DNA of 64,000 nucleotides from Bacteroidota bacterium (GCA_018692315.1 JABHKC010000023.1:5959-69958); one strand, 5' to 3'; counted from the first letter of the stretch, positions 9,585 to 20,206 are shown. Notes: a model not told the origin generated them from the sequence alone. Translations and numbers: made by a program.

Positions 9585-11966
9585 TCAAAAACCTATTAGA
9601 ATTTGCTCATCTTCATTGTCTTGCGTATCGTCAATTATTTGTTCATTCTGATTCTGTTTGTTGAATTTTTCGCAATCTAATTCTATATTAATTTCTTTAG
9701 CAGGTCTTTCGAAATCGACAGGAAAAATTCCGGAATTTGCGGTGTCTGCATAAACTTTTTGCTGATACATTCCATAAATTGGTAGAGCCATGTTTGCACC
9801 CTGCCCCAATTTGAGACCTTTGAAATGTATGCTACGAACTTCGCCGCCAACCCAAACGCCTGACACCAAATTTTGTGTAACTCCCATAAACCAACCGTCT
9901 GAATGATTGTCGGTAGTTCCGGTTTTTCCACCAATATCGTTGTGCAATTGATAACGCCAACGCAAGCGTCTTCCGCTACCTTCGGTAACAACACCTTTTA
10001 ATAAATTGAGCATAAGATATGCTGTCTCTTCATTAAAAGCTTCTATTTTTTTTGGTTTGAAAGTTGAAACTATATTTCCGTTTTTATCTTCTATTCTGGT
10101 AACAAAAATTGGTTCTGTATAAACTCCCTTGTTTGCAAATGTACTGTATGCACCAACCATTTCGTAAAGAGTAACATCCGATGTTCCCAGAAAAATTGAT
10201 GGTACAGGATCAATATAACTCTTAACTCCCATTTTTCTGGTAATATCGACAACTGCGTGCGGATTAAATTGCTTTAGCACCCATGCCGAAATATAGTTTA
10301 CAGAATTTGCAAGCCCCCATTTCAATGAAACCATTTTTCCATCGAACTCCGATTTAGAAGAGTTTTTTGGTGTCCAAGAGCTGTCGTTCACATAAAAAGT
10401 TGTTGGAATGTTCGGGACTTTATAACATGGGGAATAACCTTCCTGCATGGCAAGTGTATAAAGAAATGGTTTTATGGTTGAGCCAATCTGACGCTTGCCT
10501 TGTGTAACGTGGTCGTATTTGAAATAACGGTAATCGCCGCCACCAACATAGGCTTTTACGTGTCCGGTGTGTGGGTCCATAGACATAAAACCTGCACGCA
10601 AAATAAATTTATAATATCTTAAAGAATCTAAAGGAGTAAGAACTGTGTCGATATCTCCATTCCAAGAAAAGACAGTCATTTCAGTAGGTGTATCAAATTT
10701 TCTCTTAATCTCTTCGAGCGATTTCCCTTGTTTTTTCAATTCTCTATATCTATCGGTATTCTTCATTGATCGTTCCATAATTCTTTCGAATTGCTCATCG
10801 CTAATGTCGTCAGAAAATGGAGGATTTCTGGTTTCGTGCAATTCTTTCGACAATTCTGCTTGCAAATATCCACCAAGATGCTTTTCAAGCGATTCTTCAC
10901 CAAATTGCTGAAGACGCGAATTTAAGGTTGTGTAGATTTTGATACCGTCTTTATAAAGGTTATAATTTGTGCCATCGGGTTTGAAATGTTTTTTGCACCA
11001 GCCAAAAAGAGCATTTGTTTCCCATGCTATAGAATCTTCCTTAAATTTTGTGTAGGACCAATATCGTTCTTTTTCCGGCTTGTTGGAATTTAAAGTCGTA
11101 CGTAGATATTCTCTAAAATGTGTTGCCATACCTTTGGCATGAGTTTGTACTCTATAATTCAGTTCGATAGGCAAAACAGAGATTGAATCGTATTTCTCCT
11201 GATCAATGAAGTTGTATCTTTTCATTTGCGAAAGTACAACATTCCTTCGCTTTGTCGATCGTTCAGGGTTTCTTACAGGGCTATATCTGGTTGGTGCTTT
11301 CAGCAATCCAACTAAGGTTGCAGCTTCCTGAACTTTCAAAGAATCGGGCAGGCAATTAAAAAATGTGCTCGAAGCCGATTTTATTCCATAAGCCTGACTC
11401 CCAAAAGGAACGGTGTTTAAATACATAACCAGAATTTCCTTTTTTGTATAGTTTCTTTCCAGCTTTACTGCTGTTACCCATTCTTTAAATTTTGTGATTG
11501 CAAGATTCCATGTCCGACGAATAGATGAATTATAGTTTGAAGTGTCTCGTGGGAATAAATTTTTGGCAAGTTGCTGTGTTATTGTACTTCCCCCGCCTGA
11601 TGAATTTCCGCTTAAAACACCTTTCGAAACTCGAAGTAATGCTTTAATATCAATTCCAGAATGCTTTTCGAAACGAATATCTTCGGTGGCAACCAGAGCA
11701 TCAATTAAATATGGCGACAATTCGTAATAATTTACAAATGAGCGATTTTCTAAATAATACTTCCCAAGAAGTTTTTGGTCGGAAGAATAAATTTCTGATG
11801 CCAAATTGCTTTTCGGATTTTCCAGCTCCTCGAAAGTTGGCATAAATCCAAAAAAACCTTGAGAAATCAATATAAAAATTGTGATGATTGATGCCATTGG
11901 TACAGTAAAAAGCAACCACATCAGCCACAAATATAATCTATATGAGCGTTTTTTCTTTTCCATCAT
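9585..11966 (-). CDS. mrcA: bifunctional class A penicillin-binding protein (PBP1A type)
   Basis: 793 aa with an N-terminal TM segment, GT51 motifs EDIRFEKHSGID and GGSTITQQL, and transpeptidase motifs STIKPF and KTGTT. Confidence 0.88.
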   Translation of the reverse strand: MMEKKKRSYRLYLWLMWLLFTVPMASIITIFILISQGFFGFMPTFEELENPKSNLASEIYSSDQKLLGKYYLENRSFVNYYELSPYLIDALVATEDIRFEKHSGIDIKALLRVSKGVLSGNSSGGGSTITQQLAKNLFPRDTSNYNSSIRRTWNLAITKFKEWVTAVKLERNYTKKEILVMYLNTVPFGSQAYGIKSASSTFFNCLPDSLKVQEAATLVGLLKAPTRYSPVRNPERSTKRRNVVLSQMKRYNFIDQEKYDSISVLPIELNYRVQTHAKGMATHFREYLRTTLNSNKPEKERYWSYTKFKEDSIAWETNALFGWCKKHFKPDGTNYNLYKDGIKIYTTLNSRLQQFGEESLEKHLGGYLQAELSKELHETRNPPFSDDISDEQFERIMERSMKNTDRYRELKKQGKSLEEIKRKFDTPTEMTVFSWNGDIDTVLTPLDSLRYYKFILRAGFMSMDPHTGHVKAYVGGGDYRYFKYDHVTQGKRQIGSTIKPFLYTLAMQEGYSPCYKVPNIPTTFYVNDSSWTPKNSSKSEFDGKMVSLKWGLANSVNYISAWVLKQFNPHAVVDITRKMGVKSYIDPVPSIFLGTSDVTLYEMVGAYSTFANKGVYTEPIFVTRIEDKNGNIVSTFKPKKIEAFNEETAYLMLNLLKGVVTEGSGRRLRWRYQLHNDIGGKTGTTDNHSDGWFMGVTQNLVSGVWVGGEVRSIHFKGLKLGQGANMALPIYGMYQQKVYADTANSGIFPVDFERPAKEINIELDCEKFNKQNQNEQIIDDTQDNEDEQILIGF

Positions 11967-11996
11967 TTCAAAATAATTGCTGCAAAATTAGTAAAA

Positions 11997-12031
11997 ATGA
12001 ATTATGAGTTATGAATTATGAGTTATGAATT
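11997..12031. repeat. 14-bp tandem repeat atgaattatgagtt, 2.5 copies
   Basis: Perfect copies at 11997-12010 and 12011-12024, with a partial third copy. Confidence 0.8.
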
Positions 12032-12183
12032 TGAAATTTGGTGTACATTATTTGATTTCGTTTTTTTTACTTTCAGAAAATATAAACTATTTTATTGCTT
12101 GGAGCGGTGGTATGGGTAAATTTGAGATGTATGTCAGTTTGTTACAAGATAAAGCGAAGTTTACAACTTCGCTTAACTGGGGA

Positions 12184-13593
12184 TTAATATTTCTTTTGTC
12201 TATTAATCACTTTTCCTTGAATGTTTTTTTTATAATAAATACTACCACCATAATTATAAACATTTCCTATTAATTTTCCATAAACCACCAAAGTTGAGTT
12301 TTTCTGCAAAGTAATCTGCCCTTTGACAAAACCTTCAATTATAAAATGAATATTTTCTGAAATAATACAGTCACCAGTAATGCTTTTTTTAACTTTTGTA
12401 TGCTTTCTATATATGTAATTTTTATTTATGGGCTTGTTTATGATAACAAATTTTAGCTTTTTAGAATCATAGGTGTAATTTTTTGCACTATAATTAATTG
12501 AATTTGCCTTTTGTTTCTCAGAAGAGACTTTTAACAAAGAACTGTTATCAGGCTCAGAATTCCGTCTCATAGTAACACTCCCACTTCTAACAACATAACG
12601 ATGACCTGTGTAAGAAACGTTAGGCTTTTCTTCGGAACTAGTTTGAAATAACTTTTTATTTTCAAGTTCTTTTGGTGTCGATTTGGATACTGGCTTTTTA
12701 AGAGGATAGAGTGTATGTAAAACTTTCAAAGAAGTCAATTGTATAAATTCGATTTTTTCAATAAGTCCTTCACCTTTTATTCTTTGCCACTGGTCTAATT
12801 TTGATTCAGAAGATATGATTCTAAAATAAACTCGCTGAATATATATCCTTTTTTCATTAGTTTGATTAATTTCATGTAATAATTCTTCAGCTTGTTCTGG
12901 GGACAGTTTCAGTGATGTAAATTGACTATAATTACTTACAGAGATAATTAATTTGCTATGTTTAATGACACCTTCATTGACGTAACCTCCACGTATAGTT
13001 GGATAAACAACAAATGCTTGTTGTTCAAAGTTATATTCTGGGAGCTTTATATTCTCATCGAAATATAACACATTTGAGGAGTTGAAATTGAATTTTTTGA
13101 ATTCTGTTTTGAATGATTCTTTCCATAGTTTTGTGGTTCTTTTTTTTTCAAATTCATCAGCTTTATATCTACTACGTTTGTAATCGAAGTTTATGATATA
13201 ATCTTCGAATATATCTTCTGATGTTTTATTTGATAATTTAGCTCTAATGAAAAAAGACAATTCAGAATTTAATTTACCATTTGGATCAGGAAAATTGAAA
13301 TCTTCAAACTCATGGAATGAGCTTTTATTTGGTTGTATTTCATCTACCTGATTGTTTGAATTAGTTTGATTATGTACAATTCTATTATTGTATGTTGTAA
13401 AGATATCAGTCAGGTTATTATCAATATTATTTGAGATTTTTTTATGCCTATTTGGCAAAGAGTCGTTTTGATTTGAGCAATTATCAATACCAACCACAAT
13501 TAGTCCTAATAGAATAATTATACCAAGGATACTATATAAACATCCACCTTCTTCATCAGGAATTAATGTTCCACTTGGCACTCTTATTCCCAT
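12184..13593 (-). CDS. membrane-anchored hypothetical protein, Asn/Lys-rich, with a possible beta-helix-like C-terminal tail
   Basis: 469-aa ORF with one N-terminal TM segment (LYSILGIIILLGLIVVGI). The C-terminus ITGDCIISENIHFIIEGFVKGQITL..VVYGKLIGNVYNYGGSIYY resembles bactofilin-type repeats. No other domain recognised. Confidence 0.5.
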   Translation of the reverse strand: MGIRVPSGTLIPDEEGGCLYSILGIIILLGLIVVGIDNCSNQNDSLPNRHKKISNNIDNNLTDIFTTYNNRIVHNQTNSNNQVDEIQPNKSSFHEFEDFNFPDPNGKLNSELSFFIRAKLSNKTSEDIFEDYIINFDYKRSRYKADEFEKKRTTKLWKESFKTEFKKFNFNSSNVLYFDENIKLPEYNFEQQAFVVYPTIRGGYVNEGVIKHSKLIISVSNYSQFTSLKLSPEQAEELLHEINQTNEKRIYIQRVYFRIISSESKLDQWQRIKGEGLIEKIEFIQLTSLKVLHTLYPLKKPVSKSTPKELENKKLFQTSSEEKPNVSYTGHRYVVRSGSVTMRRNSEPDNSSLLKVSSEKQKANSINYSAKNYTYDSKKLKFVIINKPINKNYIYRKHTKVKKSITGDCIISENIHFIIEGFVKGQITLQKNSTLVVYGKLIGNVYNYGGSIYYKKNIQGKVINRQKKY

Positions 13594-13894
13594 TTTGAAT
13601 TTGTTTAATTAGATTCGATTATTACAATAAGTATTATAATTTCAACAAATAAATCTCCAAACTGTGCAATTGTGATATCAGTCTTTGACTGATATTGTAT
13701 ATTCTATATGTTCTTTGCGTATCCATTTCGAACAAAGGTACAAATTATTCTTTTCACATTCTTGGTAGTTTTGAAAAAAAACATCAAGATTTGGTTACTT
13801 AAATTTTCTAAAATGTCTTAATTAGAATGTTACCCAGATACCAATCATTTTATTTCCTGCTTCAACTTTTAACTTTACAAACTTTACAAACTCC

Positions 13895-15334
13895 CTACTT
13901 CTTCAACCAAGACCGAGCATCCTTAGAAATACAGACTTTTCCTTCAGCAAAATAAATTTCGTGATTCGAAATAATTTTTTTTAGCTCATAGTTATAGTTC
14001 ACCATAATGCCTGCAGATTGTTTTAGTCCTTTTTCGGAAGTGTCGCCAAGCCAATTTATTTGCTGAATTTTAGAGCCATTCGTCAAATGAAAATGAGCAA
14101 CCGGATCGAAAGCATTGTTTTTCCTCTTTTTCGAATAGAGTAAATAGTTGGCACATAATCGCATCAATGGCTTTTTAAGGAAATTCGATAGAGTTTCATT
14201 TTTGTACCAACTTGTATTTAGAATTTCAAGCAAGATGTTTTTAGCGTCTTTAGATTCTGAATATTTCTCAAGATTTTTTATTTCGCTTTTTGTAATTAAC
14301 TCCTGAAATTTTTCGGAAGGATAATTTTCTAAGCAATCTCTGAATTTAGGAATTGGAGATAAGGTTGCAAAATTTTTCAAATTTGGAAACTCTGCCGATA
14401 GTTCTTTTACTACCCTTTTTATTAGAAAATTCCCGAAGCTAATCCCTTTCAATCCTTTTTGAGTATTTGAGATAGAATAAAAAATTGCTGTATCGGCAAG
14501 ATTTGGATTTTCAGGCGGAATATTTTTGTCTAACAGATTTTGAATATTATTTGGCAGACCTTTTACAAGTGCAATTTCGATAAAAATCAAAGGATCATTT
14601 GGGACTTTGTAATGAAAAAACGCATACATTTTTCTATTGGTTAGAAGTCTGTATTTTAAATCTTTCCAAGAACTTATCTCATGAACGGCTTCATATTCCA
14701 TAAGTTTTTCGAGCAGAATTGCCGGAGAATTCCAGGTTATCTCCTCCAAATCTAAAAGGTTAATGTCGAAATAAGTTATCAATAGATTTTTTATATCGCT
14801 GTCGAGTTTTCTCAGTCGTGGCATTGTCGGAATTAGTGGAATTAAATCGCGCCGCATATCTTTCAAGAAAAGAAAACCATTGGGCAATTTCACAAGCTGC
14901 CTTAAAATTTTCACTCGTGGCGGAACCAATGACTTACTTAGCTCAAGCTCGGCATTTATCCGTTCATTTTCATCATTAGAATTTTTAAGATTGTTAATCT
15001 TTTCGTTCAAAATTGAGGTATTTACATCGAAATATCGACCAAGGATTCTGAGAAATCTGCTTTTCCCTTTTTTCGACAGATTTATATAAATAATCCCGAG
15101 ATGAATAATCTTCGATTTTTTTGAAATTTCTCCGACTTTTTCATTAACACATTCTACCATTAATTCTCTCAGAAGAGTTTCATCGCTTTTTGGCAAATCC
15201 GGTTTTATCTGTATTTTGAAATTGCCCGATTCGTCCCAAGCTGTTTTTATTTTATTGATGGTTTCTTTGCTAATTCCGGCAATAGAATCGTCAAGTTTTA
15301 TTAAATCCTCTTTGTGTCTCGAAAATATTTTCAT
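13895..15334 (-). CDS. malonyl-CoA decarboxylase family protein
   Basis: 479 aa. TLSPIPKF and VAHFHLTNGS..NWLGDTSEKGLKQSAGIMVNYNY match the MCD/MatA catalytic domain as I remember it. Confidence 0.75.
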   Translation of the reverse strand: MKIFSRHKEDLIKLDDSIAGISKETINKIKTAWDESGNFKIQIKPDLPKSDETLLRELMVECVNEKVGEISKKSKIIHLGIIYINLSKKGKSRFLRILGRYFDVNTSILNEKINNLKNSNDENERINAELELSKSLVPPRVKILRQLVKLPNGFLFLKDMRRDLIPLIPTMPRLRKLDSDIKNLLITYFDINLLDLEEITWNSPAILLEKLMEYEAVHEISSWKDLKYRLLTNRKMYAFFHYKVPNDPLIFIEIALVKGLPNNIQNLLDKNIPPENPNLADTAIFYSISNTQKGLKGISFGNFLIKRVVKELSAEFPNLKNFATLSPIPKFRDCLENYPSEKFQELITKSEIKNLEKYSESKDAKNILLEILNTSWYKNETLSNFLKKPLMRLCANYLLYSKKRKNNAFDPVAHFHLTNGSKIQQINWLGDTSEKGLKQSAGIMVNYNYELKKIISNHEIYFAEGKVCISKDARSWLKK

Positions 15335-15486
15335 ATAAATTATTCAAAATTATATTTAGCTAAAAATACATTATTATTATATGAATTGCAAGATTTATGA
15401 ATAGATTATTTTTAACAACTTTATTGTAGCAAATAAGCTTGAATTATGTTTGTGTAAATTTATCACTCAACATTTTCCGGAACAAT

Positions 15487-16044
15487 CTACCTATCAGCAA
15501 ATTCCTTAAGTTTTTTCTTCCCAAAACGAATTATATAATTTGTTTCCCAGTGTGGAAGTGCTTGTTCAATTGTTAGAGCAAATTCATTTATTAGCTCGGG
15601 ATAATAGCAGGTAATTTTATCGATTATGACGATAGAAAAGTATTTCATATAGGCCGGATACTTTTTCGACCGTATAAACTTTATGCCTTCGTCAACTAAA
15701 ATTCCTTGCTGCTTTTCATCGCTAATGTCATAATTTTGAACTATACGCAATGCTCCATGAATCTGGCTGTGGTAAAGCATTTTTGGCAGTTTCTCTATTA
15801 TCTGGGGCAAGTATTTTATTAGTAGTTTTTTGTGAGTATTCGCTATCTTGAACAGCACCCAACCGGCATGCCAGCAAATTTTTTTTTCGTCGGTAAGAAA
15901 AACTCTTACAAGCAAATCAAGAACTGTTGGATCATTCAGAGCCATTTCTTTCAATTCCATAGTATAACTTTTACCAGCCAATAATAGCAGTTGATAAATA
16001 TCATCGCTCATCCAGGTTCTTGCTATAGAATCCTTTTTTTTCAT
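15487..16044 (-). CDS. hypothetical protein, all-helical (HEAT/ARM-like?)
   Basis: 185-aa ORF with no motif recognised. Confidence 0.5.
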   Translation of the reverse strand: MKKKDSIARTWMSDDIYQLLLLAGKSYTMELKEMALNDPTVLDLLVRVFLTDEKKICWHAGWVLFKIANTHKKLLIKYLPQIIEKLPKMLYHSQIHGALRIVQNYDISDEKQQGILVDEGIKFIRSKKYPAYMKYFSIVIIDKITCYYPELINEFALTIEQALPHWETNYIIRFGKKKLKEFADR

Positions 16045-16198
16045 TTAAATTTTTACAAAAATAAAATTTTGCAAGATAATATTATTCTGGGATTTTGGTG
16101 GTTGACTTATGGCTGTTGGTATAGTTAAACAGTATCTGTTCGCTCAAAATTAAACTTTGATTCAAATTCTCACTTTTTCATTTCTTACGAAAAATCTC

Positions 16199-16206
16199 TA
16201 TATTTG
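16199..16206 (+). promoter_or_regulatory. candidate -7 promoter box TATATTTG
   Basis: TAnnTTTG 38 nt upstream of the ATG at 16245. Confidence 0.4.
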
Positions 16207-16244
16207 AAAATGTTTAAAACGTTTTATTAATTAAATATTTTGAT

Positions 16245-16913
16245 ATGAAAACACAAAGATTAATCTGTTTTGCAATTGTCTTATTATTAATTAGTAGTAG
16301 TTGTGCAACCTTCAAATCGTCGATGGATGGAAAATATGAAAAGGAGGCAGAAAAAAATTATAATGCCGAAAGAGTCGATGTATTGTTTATTTTCAGTCAT
16401 TACAGGCAAACCAAAGGATTTGATGCTGTACCAAAACTTGACCCAAGACCTGTAAATGGATTCGAAGAAATATTTGTGGATGCCATGACAGAAATTAGCA
16501 ATATTTCTTATTATTCAGTTTTTACAGATCATGCTTCTGATGTAAACATCTCGAAACGTCGTCGTATGAAAGACAGCCTGATGAATAGTCATGATTATAT
16601 TATTAAAGTCAAAATACAACGTGAAAAATCATTTGTAAAATACTTTTTTGCCACTGTTGGTGCAGTTGTTAGCGCTACCCTGCTGCCGATGCCTTTCAAG
16701 TATGAATATACAGCAAAAATTGAAGTGCTTGATTCAAATAGAAAATTGATTAAAGCTTACGAACGTAAAATGGAGATAACAAAATGTTGGCAAACCTTTA
16801 TGTTTTTTCTATATCCATTTAAAAATGAAGAGAGGCAAAAAGGACTACTATATGTTGAAATCCTTCATGATGTTTTTAAACAAATTGAATCGGAAAAAAT
16901 TCTCAAGAAATAG
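16245..16913 (+). CDS. lipoprotein of unknown function
   Basis: Signal peptide with lipobox-like LLISSSCATF. 222 aa. Confidence 0.55.
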   Translation: MKTQRLICFAIVLLLISSSCATFKSSMDGKYEKEAEKNYNAERVDVLFIFSHYRQTKGFDAVPKLDPRPVNGFEEIFVDAMTEISNISYYSVFTDHASDVNISKRRRMKDSLMNSHDYIIKVKIQREKSFVKYFFATVGAVVSATLLPMPFKYEYTAKIEVLDSNRKLIKAYERKMEITKCWQTFMFFLYPFKNEERQKGLLYVEILHDVFKQIESEKILKK

Positions 16914-16937
16914 CTTAACACAAAATTTCAGTTAGAG

Positions 16938-17660
16938 CTAATAACATTCGAAAACTAAAGGTAAACTTTTGTTATTGAATTCTGTTTTTGCAAAAGAGCT
17001 ATAAGAATTTATAGTGTCAAATCCGGCTTTTTGCAGCGCCTTTATAATTTGTTTTCTTCTTGCAGGAAAAAGTTTGATATTGTTTTTGATAATTTCTTCG
17101 GTTTCTTTAATGAAAAGGATGGTCGAAAAATCTAACATATTATTTTCGTCAAGGCTATAGAAACGTTCAAATTTTATTATTTCATTTTCAATAGTAGGTA
17201 AACTTTTCAGTTTACTGTCGAAAACATAATCGTAATTTATTAATTGAAATAAAAATTTTCCGGTTTTCTTCAGAACAAATTTAGTATTCCTGAAAAATGC
17301 TTCAATTTCTTCCATATTTTGTAAATGAACAAGCGTATTTCCGAAACAGCTAACAATATCGAAAGAATTTTCGGGAAAGTTTTTTTCAATTTCTAACATT
17401 CCAATTTTGCAGAAACTAATTTTCTTATTTCCGACTTTCTTTTTTGCTGAAGCTATCATTTGGCTATTTGTATCTATAGCCGAAATTTTTGCGAAATAAT
17501 CGCAAAGACTTATTGCCAAACTACCAGTTCCACAACCAATATCCAGGAGGCTTTGTTCATTTTTGTTTTTTTCCGAAAAAGATTTTATAAAAGAAACTTG
17601 AGAATTATTGAGTGGAAAAACCTCATCGTACTGTTTCGAAATTCGTGAATAAAAATCCAT
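16938..17660 (-). CDS. class I SAM-dependent methyltransferase
   Basis: Motif I LLDIGCGTGSLAISL and post-I IDTNSQM. 240 aa. Confidence 0.75.
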   Translation of the reverse strand: MDFYSRISKQYDEVFPLNNSQVSFIKSFSEKNKNEQSLLDIGCGTGSLAISLCDYFAKISAIDTNSQMIASAKKKVGNKKISFCKIGMLEIEKNFPENSFDIVSCFGNTLVHLQNMEEIEAFFRNTKFVLKKTGKFLFQLINYDYVFDSKLKSLPTIENEIIKFERFYSLDENNMLDFSTILFIKETEEIIKNNIKLFPARRKQIIKALQKAGFDTINSYSSFAKTEFNNKSLPLVFECY

Positions 17661-17743
17661 ATTTTCTATTTATTGAACAATTGCATTTGTTTGCAAAAAT
17701 AATTAAAAGTATGCAGTATTCATTGGTTAACAAAAACTTATAT

Positions 17744-17751
17744 TATATTTG
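17744..17751 (+). promoter_or_regulatory. candidate -7 promoter box TATATTTG
   Basis: TAnnTTTG 115 nt upstream of the DEAD-box helicase start at 17867. Confidence 0.35.
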
Positions 17752-17866
17752 GCTATTTAAATTTTGAAAAATAAATATTTAATGAAAATAGAATCAAATT
17801 TGGATAACGAATTTTGATAAGAGACTTGCAATCTCAATAGACTTAACTTAATACAACACCCAAGGA

Positions 17867-19099
17867 ATGAAGTTTTCAGAACTACAGTTAGATAAACAAT
17901 TATTAGAAGCAATATCATATATGGGCTTTGAAACAGCCACAGAAATTCAGGAAAAGGTTATACCAATTATTCTTGAAAACAGGGATGTAATTGCATGTGC
18001 CCAGACCGGCACCGGCAAAACTGTTGCATTTGTTCTTCCTGTTCTAAACAAATTGATAGGCAAAAACAACAAATCTATAAATACATTGATAATTGTTCCG
18101 ACCAGAGAATTGGCGATTCAAATAGAACAAGAAATACAGGGGCTTGCATATTTCATATCGGTAAGTTCGAATTCTGTATATGGTGGCGGCGATGGCAAAG
18201 ATTGGGTTGCCCAAAAAGATGCTCTTCAAGGCGGAACCGATATTATTGTTGCGACACCTGGCAAGCTGTTGTCTCATATTATGTCCGGAAATGTTAACTT
18301 CAACGATTTGAAACATTTAATCCTGGATGAAGCTGACAGGATGTTGGATATGGGATTTATTGACGATTTACAGAAAATTATTTCCTATCTTCCCAAAAAA
18401 CACCAAACTATGCTTTTTAGCGCTACTATGCCAAAAAGTATTCGTCAATTGACAAAAAAGATTTTGCATAGTCCGGACGAAATATCTTTGTCGATTTCTA
18501 AACCTGCTGAAGGAATCGATCATAAAATATATTTATGCTACGACACTCAAAAAGTGAAAATTATAAGTCATGTTTTGAGCGAAAATAAAGACTATGATAG
18601 CATCATCATTTTCAGCTCTACAAAAAGTAAAGTAACAGAAATTGTAAGATCACTTAACAAGTCAGGTTTCCCGGCACAAGGGATTTCTTCAAATTTAGAT
18701 CAGGAAAAACGCGAAGAAGTTTTAAGAGGATTCCGCTCTAAACAAATACGTATTTTGGTTGCTACAGATGTTATGAGTCGAGGCATTGATGTGAAGGAAA
18801 TAAATATGGTCGTAAATTTCGATGTCCCCAACGATGCCGAAGATTATGTTCATCGGGTAGGACGAACTGCTCGTGTTAACACAAAAGGTGAGGCAATTAC
18901 TTTGGTGAACGAGAAGGACATGTATCTAATGAGGAAAATTGAACATCTGATAGAATATTCTATTCCGAAATATCAACCCCCGAGCAAAATAGGTGCCGGA
19001 CCCGAATGGAAAGATGGAAATCAAAAATCTCGTAAAAAGAAAAGTTTCCATAATAAAAAACGGAATTTTAAGACGGGGAATCGGAATAATATATCTTAG
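17867..19099 (+). CDS. DEAD-box ATP-dependent RNA helicase (RhlE-like) with a basic C-terminal tail
   Basis: Q motif, AQTGTGKT, DEAD, SAT and HRVGRTAR. 410 aa. Confidence 0.9.
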   Translation: MKFSELQLDKQLLEAISYMGFETATEIQEKVIPIILENRDVIACAQTGTGKTVAFVLPVLNKLIGKNNKSINTLIIVPTRELAIQIEQEIQGLAYFISVSSNSVYGGGDGKDWVAQKDALQGGTDIIVATPGKLLSHIMSGNVNFNDLKHLILDEADRMLDMGFIDDLQKIISYLPKKHQTMLFSATMPKSIRQLTKKILHSPDEISLSISKPAEGIDHKIYLCYDTQKVKIISHVLSENKDYDSIIIFSSTKSKVTEIVRSLNKSGFPAQGISSNLDQEKREEVLRGFRSKQIRILVATDVMSRGIDVKEINMVVNFDVPNDAEDYVHRVGRTARVNTKGEAITLVNEKDMYLMRKIEHLIEYSIPKYQPPSKIGAGPEWKDGNQKSRKKKSFHNKKRNFKTGNRNNIS

Positions 19100-19244
19100 A
19101 CTTTTTTTTTGAAAAAGGGAATTTGCTTTAATGCATATATTTTTGACATATGAGCATAGAACCAAATCATATAAAATCAATGTCCAATTGTACCAGAATA
19201 TAAGCCAAAAGTTAAAAATTTGAGGTAGATAGAAGTGTGCAGTC

Positions 19245-19299
19245 TTAACCCAACTGGGAAATCAACCATTAACAAATGTTGATTTCCCAGTTGGGTTAA
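19245..19299. repeat. perfect 22-bp inverted repeat spanning the stop codon of the transposase remnant
   Basis: ttaacccaactgggaaatcaac (19245-19266) is the exact reverse complement of gttgatttcccagttgggttaa (19278-19299), with an 11-nt loop. Confidence 0.85.
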
Positions 19300-20206
19300 A
19301 TATTGTTTTCTGTTTTTTTGAAACTTCACTTACTATCGGTTTTCCATCTTTTGCAATATGATTGATTTTAATTTTTCTTAATTCATAAAGCAGTTCTTTT
19401 ATAGTGTAGGTTTTGAATAGTTTATTTTGATTCATAACTCTGATAATTTCATAATATATCACTAAAGAAATGAACATTACAAATAGTTTTCCTGTGGTTG
19501 TGTGGTCATTATGTGTTCTTAATCTTTTTCCATCCATTTCATTTTTAAGCACATCAAAAACTTTTTCAACCAGATCTTTATTTCTATAATGAGTTAATAC
19601 CTCTTCGTGTGACATTCCTGTTTTGTTTGTTGCCAAGATGTAATAACCTGATCTTGATAGTGAAGAATTAATATTACGAATATTTCTTTTTGCTTTTTTC
19701 AGGCTAAAAGGCAATGGTTGAATAAAACTTATACAACAATCTTTGTCGTTCATTTCTAAAACATTTGCTGTACTAAAAAAGCCTCTGTCTAAAATAAAAA
19801 GGAAGTCGTTCAATCCAAAATTAGTTAAATACTTTTTGCAATTCTTCAAAGTTGTAACATCAACAATGCTACCAGGATACAAACAATAGTTAACTGGCAA
19901 TTTTTTGTCTTCGCAAAAAACCATTCCAAGATTTATCTGAGGTAAATTTTCTTTATCTCTATTATATCCCCATTCTATAAAATCTATATTTGTTGAATAA
20001 CTTGAAATAGATGAAATGTCAAAAAACAATGCTTTATCAGGATTAATGTGTTGTGCCCATTTTTCCATAAAATCAAAACGTCGTTTTTCATCACGACCAA
20101 TTGCTGCAAATAGATTTGATATAGCCGAGGAGTCTAATTTATTTGTATCTGGAAAATAGTTTTCATCTGCCCAATAATGGTACAAATAAAAAGGTGTTCC
20201 TTCCAT
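19262..20206 (-). pseudogene. IS1634/IS4-superfamily DDE transposase, N-terminally degraded
   Basis: DDE-like blocks are present: FFDISSISSYS..GYNRDKENLPQINLG, FILDRGFFS and LVEKVFDVLKNEMDGKRL. The frame stays open for 24 codons upstream of the ATG (..LLKCFPENYKEIIALSLYEV) and then hits a stop with no start codon. About 100 N-terminal residues expected for this family are missing. Confidence 0.7.

Noticed and set aside
12025-12273. 82-aa plus-strand ORF beginning in the 14-bp tandem repeat.
   Set aside because: It starts inside a repeat, overlaps the 3' end of the 469-aa minus-strand ORF and has no recognisable features.
17867-19099. The two DEAD-box helicases (also 51829..53508) considered as defence or mobile-element helicases.
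   Set aside because: Both have the full set of RNA-helicase motifs with basic or DbpA-type C-terminal tails typical of RhlE/DeaD. There are no nuclease or methylase neighbours.
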